From Erysipelotrichaceae bacterium MTC7 (GTDB lineage: Bacteria; Bacillota_I; Bacilli_A; Erysipelotrichales; Erysipelotrichaceae): a stretch of DNA of 32,000 nt. Positions 16,947 to 24,244 of this stretch are shown piece after piece. The notes beneath the pieces are model-generated. The model was not told the DNA's origin. It searched no databases and saw only the letters and a program-made list of their open reading frames with translations. The position numbers were made by a program, and so were the translations under genes. Each line of letters starts with the position of its first letter. The stretch's first letter is position 1. The DNA lies in the NCBI GenBank assembly GCA_001695645.1, contig LVZN01000001.1:120001-152000 (forward strand). Direction: 5' to 3'.

Positions 16947-19661
16947 TTAATCATTTTTTATATAATCGTAAATATATCCGATTTCAGGAATCGAGATATC
17001 CACACCATAATATTCTTCAACTTCTCTAAATGTTTGCTTTACTAAATTAATAAAGTTTTGATTTTCTTTGGTGAATTCATCGACATCTAAATACGTTTCA
17101 ACTTCTTTATTCATAACTAATCGTTCAATCAAACAACTAATGTGAACATACAAACCAAAACATGTACTACTTGACAATGTTTTATCCAACGCATTTTGTA
17201 GGCGATCAAGTGCATCTGCGACATGTTCTAATAATTTGTTTGGATTTAAGATAGTTAAACTACTCATAATATTACTTAATGAGAAATTCTTTAAAATCTT
17301 CTTTTTGAAAGTATCTAATTGCTCTGCACTCATGATGGATTGTAACTCATGATTTAAAACAGCAAAGCTATCTGTAATAATTAATTCCTCGATTGGAATA
17401 AATGGGAGATTTTCAATGTTTGGATTGAGTGTTCCTACTATAAATAATACATGGTTATCTGTGAACACTTTATTATGAATTCCTTTCTCTACCAATTCAT
17501 TGTAATTATATGTTTGAACTTCAATAGGAACATCTACTGGTAGTGAGTCTTTTAGAATACGTCGTAGTTTTTCTGCAGTACCCATACCACTTGCACATGA
17601 ACATAATATTACATTTTTCTTTAATTGATTTTTCTCAATGTGATAATGGGTCTTTGAATATTGAATGACTTCATCAAAAATATCTTCCATAGGACGATTT
17701 TGAATAATACCATTTCCAATTTCTAACGCTGTTTTTGTGCTGATGTTATTAATAATTCCAATGTTGGCTTGTTTGTTTTGTATTCCTTTGTAAATATCTT
17801 CTAAACTTCCCATATCTACTAAAAGAAATAGTTCTTCAAATTTACCCATACTATTTAGATATTCATTTAGTTTTTTTATAATTGTTTGCACATCTTGGTT
17901 GATTGGCATATCAATCGCATCAAAAACATAGGTGTCTAGAAATTGATTTGTTGCTTCTGCGATACTACTAGCCGTAGAAAATCCATGAGCAAGTATTACA
18001 GCTAAACGTTTCTTTTCACTTTTATGATTTGTTACATTACTTAGATAAAACATAAACACAATTTTTACAATGTCTAAAATATCTAAATCAAGATATGCAT
18101 GTAAATAGTTTGTGATTTCTTTTGTAATATTAGCTTCGTAATATTTATGATTTTCTAAATAGCTTAGTAATTCTGATATTTGTTCTGCTTGCTTGTACGA
18201 CCAATTTCTAACACTGATATAATTCTTTCGATAATCCATAATAAAACAGTTTAATGTCAAAATATCATTGTTTGATAAACTCAAACCATAACGATTTCGT
18301 ATCATATCAAAAATGTTTTCGATTCCTTTATAGTAGAAATCTTTATCTGTTGACAGTGTGGCATGATACAAGATTTTATCAAAGTACTCATGGATATTTT
18401 GATTGATCGATACATCCATTTCTGCAATGTTTGCATCATTTTCTGTATGTGTTTGAAAAGTTGTTAACACATTATGTAGCATTTGAATAATATAACTCTC
18501 TGCTTTAATAAAACTATCTAATTCATCTACAGCTATTATATCTCCAGTATTTTCAAAGTTTGTTGTTATGCTTTGCAATTGTTCACTTTCTAATATATCT
18601 TTTGGTAGATCATGCAATTGAATAACAATCACATCTTCTTCTTGATTACTAAACATTGCTTGGATACAACATGTTTGAATACATCCGCGAAGTCCTCCAA
18701 TATTTCCTGGAAAATCATACGCTAAGAAAATGCTATATGCTTTTGCACTTATTTGAATGTTTTTCTTTAGCTTCTCTTGTTCAGTTTTGAACATGGAATA
18801 TAAAAGTTCTACCCTCTCATGGAGACCACGTTCTTTTAATGAAGGAACGGTAATTGTCATAGGAATTCGACGCAGTAGGGTTTTAAGTAAAACATCTTCT
18901 GGTTTCTCTGTTGTTGCAAAGATAAGCTTTACATTTGACGCATACCAGTTTTCATTATCACCAACACGATGATACTCTGCTGAATCCATAAACTGAAAAA
19001 GTTTTTCCTGACACTCTGGTGATAAGTTATGAACTTCATCTAAAAACAATATTCCCCCATCAGACAACGCGATTAAACCTTCATTATCTTTTTCAGCTCC
19101 AGTGAACGCTCCTTTCACATGTCCAAACAAGTTTGCTGTCAAGAGTTCAGGGTTATTGGCATATTCACTACAGTTTACCGAAATAAAACGTTGTTCTTTA
19201 CTTAGCAAACCTTTTCGTTTTGCATACTCGTAAGTTAATCGTGCAATATAAGATTTTCCTGTACCGGTTGGTCCATATAGCATCATTGGTAATCCATTGG
19301 GCGGATAAGATATTGTCCCTTTACATTGACTAACTAGTTCTGAAAGACTTCCATTAAATCCTATGAGTTTTTCAAAGTCTTTTTCTATAACTGCATTTGA
19401 TGAAACAAGTTCTTCCAATGAATTCACTTCGTGAACCTCTATCTTTTGATTGTTGATTTGTTCAAAGACCTCTTTCGCTAAATAAACAATTGGCCTTTGA
19501 TTTATTTTTATTAGTTTTCCTTGTGCAAAGAGTTGACGAATTTCACTAGCTACTGCATTCCTTGATATCTGCAGTTTCTTTGAAACCTCCACTACTGAGT
19601 TACTCTCATAATCATTATTTTGGGTATGAATTTTAATTTCATCTAGTATTCTGTCTCGCAT
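16947..19661 (-). CDS. sigma-54-dependent, PTS-controlled transcriptional activator (LevR/ManR type)
   Basis: 904 aa. From N to C: an HTH; an AAA+ core with Walker A GPTGTGKS, GAFTGA and Walker B ILFLDEVH; PRD regions; an EIIA-Man-like module (AVILAHGFSTASS); an EIIB-Gat-like module (VILCSCASGMGTAEKL); and a second PRD. A GAGAGGTGA RBS is present. Confidence 0.9.
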   Translation of the reverse strand: MRDRILDEIKIHTQNNDYESNSVVEVSKKLQISRNAVASEIRQLFAQGKLIKINQRPIVYLAKEVFEQINNQKIEVHEVNSLEELVSSNAVIEKDFEKLIGFNGSLSELVSQCKGTISYPPNGLPMMLYGPTGTGKSYIARLTYEYAKRKGLLSKEQRFISVNCSEYANNPELLTANLFGHVKGAFTGAEKDNEGLIALSDGGILFLDEVHNLSPECQEKLFQFMDSAEYHRVGDNENWYASNVKLIFATTEKPEDVLLKTLLRRIPMTITVPSLKERGLHERVELLYSMFKTEQEKLKKNIQISAKAYSIFLAYDFPGNIGGLRGCIQTCCIQAMFSNQEEDVIVIQLHDLPKDILESEQLQSITTNFENTGDIIAVDELDSFIKAESYIIQMLHNVLTTFQTHTENDANIAEMDVSINQNIHEYFDKILYHATLSTDKDFYYKGIENIFDMIRNRYGLSLSNNDILTLNCFIMDYRKNYISVRNWSYKQAEQISELLSYLENHKYYEANITKEITNYLHAYLDLDILDIVKIVFMFYLSNVTNHKSEKKRLAVILAHGFSTASSIAEATNQFLDTYVFDAIDMPINQDVQTIIKKLNEYLNSMGKFEELFLLVDMGSLEDIYKGIQNKQANIGIINNISTKTALEIGNGIIQNRPMEDIFDEVIQYSKTHYHIEKNQLKKNVILCSCASGMGTAEKLRRILKDSLPVDVPIEVQTYNYNELVEKGIHNKVFTDNHVLFIVGTLNPNIENLPFIPIEELIITDSFAVLNHELQSIMSAEQLDTFKKKILKNFSLSNIMSSLTILNPNKLLEHVADALDRLQNALDKTLSSSTCFGLYVHISCLIERLVMNKEVETYLDVDEFTKENQNFINLVKQTFREVEEYYGVDISIPEIGYIYDYIKND

Positions 19662-19680
19662 AGGTCACCTCTCGTATCCC

Positions 19681-19709
19681 ATACTATTGGTAAAAAATAA
19701 CTTTGTCAA
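19681..19709 (-). promoter_or_regulatory. sigma-A promoter of the activator gene
   Basis: Minus strand reads TTGACA (19709..19704), a 17 nt spacer, then TAGTAT (19686..19681), about 20 nt before ATG 19661. Confidence 0.6.
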
Positions 19710-19719
19710 GAGCATAGTT

Positions 19720-19740
19720 TGGCATGAATCTTGCTATAAT
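19720..19740 (+). promoter_or_regulatory. composite promoter upstream of rpoN: a sigma-54 -24/-12 element overlapping an extended -10 sigma-A element
   Basis: TGGCAT-GAATC-TTGCT (19720..19735) has exact -24/-12 spacing. TGcTATAAT (19732..19740) shares the TTGCT bases. Both predict a TSS near 19746, just before the GAAAGGAAG RBS. Confidence 0.6.
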
Positions 19741-19759
19741 ATTATTGAAAGGAAGTACC

Positions 19760-20968
19760 ATGAAACAAACTTTAAAAACTTCGCAAACTGTTCAACAAAA
19801 ACTGGTATTATCTACAAAAATGAAGGATTCACTTGATACACTAAGCATGGATCGTTCATCTCTTTTACGAATGTTACAAGAGGTTACACAAAACAATCCA
19901 GTTTTTGATTTCACACCAAACTATAGCAATGAGGACTCATTTTTTGAGATAGCTTCTACAGATTCCTCATTACGTGATGAACTCTATTTACAGTTACACA
20001 CAAGTAATGAGTATTATGATGAAGATGTTTGTACTTTCATCATCGAATCACTAAATGAACATGGTTTTTTAAGTGACTCCATCAATGATTATGTTCATTC
20101 ATTACAAATCGATACATCAACTTTTATGGAAAACCTTACACTTATTCAATCTTTTGAGCCTATTGGTGTTGCTGCTTTTAATTCTATTCATTCCATTTGT
20201 ATTCAATTACAATATAAAGGATACGATGAAGCGACAAGTTTATTAAAAGAGTTTCCAGTGCAACTTGCTGACAAAAACTATTCAAATATCATTAAGAATA
20301 CTTCTTATTCAAAACATGATATCGATTTATATTTAAAACAGATTCAGTCATGCAATCCGTATCCATGCTCAAATTATACAACTACAAATCAACAAGTAAT
20401 TACACCTGAATTTAAAGTAGAAATTGATGAGCATACGATCGAACTCATTCCTAATGATTTTGGACATGTATACGTCCTTGAAGAGTATAAAGAATATACT
20501 GAAGAACTCAAGAATTATTTTCAAGAAGCATATTTCTATATTGATGCAATTAGTAAACGAAATCAAACGTTAATGATTTTAGCTAATGCGCTTTTTCATA
20601 TTCAAAAGTCACATTTCTTATATAATGATGAATTACAACCTTGTTCCTTAAAAAAACTTGCAGATTTGACAGGATTTCATGAATCTACTGTTTCTCGTAC
20701 GCTTTCTAATAAGTATTACGAGTTTGGTGAACAAGTCCTTCCATTGAAACATCTTTTCGTATCACAAACGAAAGGTGGTACGAGTAAAGATGCACTAATT
20801 AAAGCAATTAAATTACTAATTGAACAAGAAAATCCAAACGCACCATTAACCGATGATGAGTTAGTTGTCTTACTTGATGAGATGGAACTTAACATTTCAC
20901 GACGTACAATTGCAAAATATCGAAAACAATTGAATATTCCAAACTCAAATAAGAGAAAACGAAAATAA
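19760..20968 (+). CDS. rpoN: RNA polymerase sigma-54 factor
   Basis: The Q/L-rich region I is MKQTLKTSQTVQQKLVLSTKM. A C-terminal HTH (GFHESTVSRTLSNKY) and an RpoN box (SRRTIAKYRKQLNIP) are present. Start set at ATG 19760 behind the RBS. The track ATG at 19724 lies inside the promoter element. Confidence 0.9.
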   Translation: MKQTLKTSQTVQQKLVLSTKMKDSLDTLSMDRSSLLRMLQEVTQNNPVFDFTPNYSNEDSFFEIASTDSSLRDELYLQLHTSNEYYDEDVCTFIIESLNEHGFLSDSINDYVHSLQIDTSTFMENLTLIQSFEPIGVAAFNSIHSICIQLQYKGYDEATSLLKEFPVQLADKNYSNIIKNTSYSKHDIDLYLKQIQSCNPYPCSNYTTTNQQVITPEFKVEIDEHTIELIPNDFGHVYVLEEYKEYTEELKNYFQEAYFYIDAISKRNQTLMILANALFHIQKSHFLYNDELQPCSLKKLADLTGFHESTVSRTLSNKYYEFGEQVLPLKHLFVSQTKGGTSKDALIKAIKLLIEQENPNAPLTDDELVVLLDEMELNISRRTIAKYRKQLNIPNSNKRKRK

Positions 20969-20992
20969 AAAAGAGAAAGACTATTCTTCCTC
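20962..20992 (-). terminator. intrinsic terminator of the rsmG-noc-soj-spo0J operon (stem includes the spo0J stop codon)
   Basis: Minus-strand RNA reads GAGGAAGA-AUAG-UCUUUCUC followed by UUUUUAUUUU. It is fully paired with one G-U pair. The plus-strand version has an A-C mismatch and no U-run. Confidence 0.55.
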
Positions 20993-21892
20993 TAATAAAT
21001 CTAAGATTTCCAAAACCCGGTTTAAATCATTTACACCATCATAGTGAATTGTGATTTTACGATCATCAATATCAACTTTTGTTTGTAAACGATCTTGCAT
21101 CATTTTTACAACTCCTTCGTAATTTGAAGATTTACTTTCTTCTTTACGCTTGTTGACGTATGGTGATTTCATTTCTTTTACCAAACGTTCCACTTGACGA
21201 ACACTCATTTTATCTTTGATGGCTTGTTTTGCGACAAGTTTCATGTCATCTTGTGACTCAAGGGCAAGAATGGCACGTGCATGTCCCATTGTTAGTTTCG
21301 TATTTGCAACATATCCTTGAATTTCCTTTGGTAGTTTTAACAAACGTAAAATGTTTGTAACATGTTCTCTACTTTTTCCAACTTGTTTGGCAAGCTCTTC
21401 TTGTGTGTATCCAAGTTTTTCAATCAGGTTCGCCATTGCTTGGGCTTCCTCAATCACATTTAAATCTTCACGTTGAATATTTTCAAGTAAAGAAATCTCC
21501 ATCATTTGTTTGTCATCAAAGTCGACAACAATCGCAGGGATTTCTTTTAATTTCGCAATTTTTGATGCACGTAAACGACGTTCACCAGCAACAAGTTCAT
21601 AACCTGTAACACTTTTCTTTACTAGAATCGGGGTAAAGACTCCATGTACTTCAATGGATTGTGCTAGTTCTTCTAATGCTTTTTGATCAAACTCTTTACG
21701 CGGTTGATATGGGTTAGGCTTGATACTTTTCACTTCAACCATGGAAGCTTCGTACCCTTCTACATTTCCTTGTTGAAGATTTTCTACCGCTTTACCAACA
21801 CCTTTACCAAAAATGGCTTCCATTCCGGCAGTCGATGTAATATCATCAAGACCTTTTCCAAGGCCACCTTTTTTTCCTTTTTCTTTACTCAT
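20981..21892 (-). CDS. spo0J: chromosome partitioning protein ParB (Spo0J)
   Basis: N-terminal GGLGKGLDD, the arginine patch GERRLRAS, an HTH (YTQEELAKQVGKSREHVTNILRLLKL), and position after soj. Start set at ATG 21892 (MSKEKGKKGG), overlapping the soj stop by 8 nt. Confidence 0.9.
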   Translation of the reverse strand: MSKEKGKKGGLGKGLDDITSTAGMEAIFGKGVGKAVENLQQGNVEGYEASMVEVKSIKPNPYQPRKEFDQKALEELAQSIEVHGVFTPILVKKSVTGYELVAGERRLRASKIAKLKEIPAIVVDFDDKQMMEISLLENIQREDLNVIEEAQAMANLIEKLGYTQEELAKQVGKSREHVTNILRLLKLPKEIQGYVANTKLTMGHARAILALESQDDMKLVAKQAIKDKMSVRQVERLVKEMKSPYVNKRKEESKSSNYEGVVKMMQDRLQTKVDIDDRKITIHYDGVNDLNRVLEILDLLEEE

Positions 21893-22670
21893 GTTTTGCC
21901 CCTTTTCGATTTGCTTTCTCAACTTCACTTGCTAAGCCAGCGTATGCTTTTGCACCTTCACAGCGTACGTCGTATTCAAAAATTGACATACCACGGCTAG
22001 GTGATTCAGAAAGACGCACATTTCTTGGTATAAAGCTTTTATATACTTTATCCTTGAAGTGTTTTCTTACTTCTTGTTGGACTTCTAAAGAAAGTTTTGT
22101 TCTTGCATCAAACATTGTAAGCACAACACCTTCCACTTCTAAGTTTGGATTGAATAATTGTTGTACCAAACGAATTGTTAATAACAGTTGCATCAACCCT
22201 TCTAGTGCATAATATTCACATTGTACGGGAATGATGACACTGTCTGCAGCAGTAAGTGCATTGGTGTTTAACAAACCTAGTGATGGTGGACAATCAATGA
22301 TAATAAAATCATATTCATCTTTCACTTTATCCAATTTGTTTTTCAATAGTTCTTCTTTTCCCGTTTCGTATTGCACCATTTGCAAGTCAGCACCAGCTAA
22401 TGAGATATTTGCCGGAATTAAATCAATTGGTGGGTTTACCAGTTTTTTGCGCATTTGATCAACTTGATAGTCTTCCATAATTAAATTATAGACACTCAGT
22501 TTGTTGTCATCGTTATTTGCACCGACTCCTTGTGTCGCATTACCTTGTGGATCGAAATCAACAAGTAAAACTTTTTTTCCCAAATAACCTAGTCCACTTG
22601 CTAGATTGATTGCTGTGGTGGTTTTCCCGACTCCACCTTTTTGGTTAGATATCGCAATAATCTTTCCCAT
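21885..22670 (-). CDS. soj: chromosome partitioning ATPase ParA (Soj)
   Basis: The deviant Walker A is AISNQKGGVGKTTT. Also present are VLLVDFDPQGNAT and IIIDCPPSLG. Confidence 0.95.
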   Translation of the reverse strand: MGKIIAISNQKGGVGKTTTAINLASGLGYLGKKVLLVDFDPQGNATQGVGANNDDNKLSVYNLIMEDYQVDQMRKKLVNPPIDLIPANISLAGADLQMVQYETGKEELLKNKLDKVKDEYDFIIIDCPPSLGLLNTNALTAADSVIIPVQCEYYALEGLMQLLLTIRLVQQLFNPNLEVEGVVLTMFDARTKLSLEVQQEVRKHFKDKVYKSFIPRNVRLSESPSRGMSIFEYDVRCEGAKAYAGLASEVEKANRKGAKHE

Positions 22671-22681
22671 AAATCCCCTTT

Positions 22682-23446
22682 CTACTTCGTAATTTTTAGT
22701 GTAATCGTCACGAAATCTTCCTCTTCAGCTTGTGCATAGTCAATTGAGATTCCACTCTTTTCTACCATTTCCACAGCTCTTTTTATTGTATTAATTCCAA
22801 TTTGTACGTTTCTAGATACACCTTTAACCGTTTTTACTTCAACGGGTTTTTTTGCTTTTTTCTTTTTTGCAATTTCACTTTCAACTTGTGAAACCGTCCA
22901 ACGATTCTTAATGACTTGATCAAGAATTTCGTTTTGACTTTGGCCATCTAATGATAACATACTTCGCGCATGTCGTTCACTGATAAGTTTACTTTCTACA
23001 GCATTTTGCACGTTAATATCCAACTGTAATAAACGAAGTTTATTGGCAATTGCTGGTTGTGATTTACCTAGACGCTTTGCTAGTTCTGCTTGTGTCATAT
23101 TGAATTGACGCAAAATATGATCGTATGCTTTTGCTTCTTCAATTGCACTTAAATCTTCCCTTTGCACATTTTCAACAACAGCCATATATGCACTATCTTT
23201 TACATCACTTTCTACAATGTAAGCAGGGATTGTTTCATATTTTAAATATTTCGAAGCACGTAAACGTCTTTCGCCAGCAACGAGTTCATAACCATCATCA
23301 ACAATCCTTACACTTATTGGTTGTACCAACCCATTTTCACGAATAGAATTCGCAAGTTCAATAATTGCATCCACATCAAAGAATGATCGTGGTTGATTGG
23401 GATTGATTTTAATTTCATCTATGTTTATGTCTCGTATTTCACTCAT
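22682..23446 (-). CDS. noc: ParB-family nucleoid occlusion protein Noc-like
   Basis: GERRLRAS and an HTH (MTQAELAKRLGKSQPAIANKLRLLQL). The C-terminus (VSRNVQIGINTIKRAVEMVEKSGISIDY..EEEDFVTITLKITK) is collinear with the B. subtilis Noc C-terminus as I recall it. It sits in the gidB-noc-soj-spo0J position. There is an ATGA overlap with rsmG. Confidence 0.75.
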   Translation of the reverse strand: MSEIRDINIDEIKINPNQPRSFFDVDAIIELANSIRENGLVQPISVRIVDDGYELVAGERRLRASKYLKYETIPAYIVESDVKDSAYMAVVENVQREDLSAIEEAKAYDHILRQFNMTQAELAKRLGKSQPAIANKLRLLQLDINVQNAVESKLISERHARSMLSLDGQSQNEILDQVIKNRWTVSQVESEIAKKKKAKKPVEVKTVKGVSRNVQIGINTIKRAVEMVEKSGISIDYAQAEEEDFVTITLKITK

Positions 23447-24153
23447 GCTTTTCTCCTCAACGGGTTCTTTTTTATCTGCGCAAATGCACGCGGATATTTT
23501 TTTGGTGTCGAATCGACTTTTTTTATTATCAGATTGTTTCGTTGTTGATCAAAAAACTCTTGATGATCAATACGTTCAACCTGTCCTTTTAACGTTTTGA
23601 TGGCAAAGGCTGCTTCTTGCAACTCATCATCTGCCCCAGGTCCTTTTAAAGCGACAAAAAAACCACCTTTTTTAACGAGTGGTAAACATAGTTCACTTAA
23701 CATCGTTAAATTGGCAACAGCACGTGCTGTTACAATATCAAAACTTTCCCGGTGATCTTTGGCAAAGTCTTCTGCTCTAGCATTTGCAATTCTTAGATTG
23801 TGCAGTCCAAGTTGTTGTTTTACTTCTTGTAAGAATGTACAGCGTTTCTGTAGGGGTTCTACGATAGTTACCTGTAATTCGGGATATAAAATCAAACATG
23901 GAACACTAGGAAAACCAGCCCCTGCACCTACATCGCAAAGACTGCCTTTGATTTCAACAGCATAGGCTAAAAGAAAACTATCGAGAAAATGTTTCTCATA
24001 GATTCCTTGTTCGTCGACAATTGCTGTCAGATTCATTTTTTGATTCCACTCAACCAGTAGTTTCGCATAGGTTTCAAATTGTGCCTTCATCGCTTCAGTA
24101 ACTTCAATTCCTTTTTTTGCGACCTGTTGGTAGAAGAATTCTTTCTTATTCAT
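23443..24153 (-). CDS. rsmG: 16S rRNA (guanine527-N7)-methyltransferase RsmG (GidB)
   Basis: LLVEWNQKMNLTAI, KHFLDS, DVGAGAGFPS and DIVTARAVA motifs. Start set at ATG 24153 (MNKKEFFYQQV), which aligns with the B. subtilis GidB N-terminus as recalled. The track TTG is at 24183. Confidence 0.9.
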   Translation of the reverse strand: MNKKEFFYQQVAKKGIEVTEAMKAQFETYAKLLVEWNQKMNLTAIVDEQGIYEKHFLDSFLLAYAVEIKGSLCDVGAGAGFPSVPCLILYPELQVTIVEPLQKRCTFLQEVKQQLGLHNLRIANARAEDFAKDHRESFDIVTARAVANLTMLSELCLPLVKKGGFFVALKGPGADDELQEAAFAIKTLKGQVERIDHQEFFDQQRNNLIIKKVDSTPKKYPRAFAQIKKNPLRRKA

Positions 24154-24163
24154 ATGCCTACTT

Positions 24164-24172
24164 ATTATAGCA
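24164..24172 (-). promoter_or_regulatory. extended -10 element (TGcTATAAT) 10 nt upstream of the rsmG ATG
   Basis: Minus strand reads TGCTATAAT-AAGTAGGCAT-ATG(24153). No convincing Shine-Dalgarno is present. Confidence 0.45.
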
Positions 24173-24201
24173 TATAATCTCAAATTTCATTCCCTAGACA
24201 T

Positions 24202-24244
24202 AAAAAAATTGGGTTCATTATTATCTATTCATAATAACGAACCC
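24202..24244 (-). terminator. strong minus-strand intrinsic terminator upstream of the rsmG promoter (no annotated gene feeds it)
   Basis: Minus-strand RNA reads GGGUUCGUUAUUAU-GAAUAG-AUAAUAAUGAACCC followed by AAUUUUUUU. The stem is 14 bp with one G-U pair. On the plus strand the same position is an A-C mismatch and no U-run follows. Confidence 0.75.

Noticed and set aside
21121-21190. A degenerate parS remnant (TCACCATACGTCAACA) at the position in spo0J where B. subtilis carries its intragenic parS (the NVPRET codons).
   Set aside because: Only about 9-10 of 16 positions match and the palindrome is broken. It is not credible as a functional site.
21563-21578. The parS-like 16-mer TGATGCACGTAAACGA in spo0J, with a similar GCACGTAAACG near 23255 in noc.
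   Set aside because: About 12 of 16 positions match, but both copies are simply the coding sequence of the conserved GERRLRAS arginine patch. I saw no better parS or NBS match by eye. A matrix scan would be needed to be sure.
23716-23731. A perfect 16 bp palindrome, AACAGCACGTGCTGTT, with the CACGTG core of parS, inside rsmG.
   Set aside because: Only the central hexamer matches TGTTNCACGTGAAACA, and the arms are inverted relative to parS. The palindrome is explained by the codons of the conserved RsmG motif VTARAVAN (GTA ACA GCA CGT GCT GTT).
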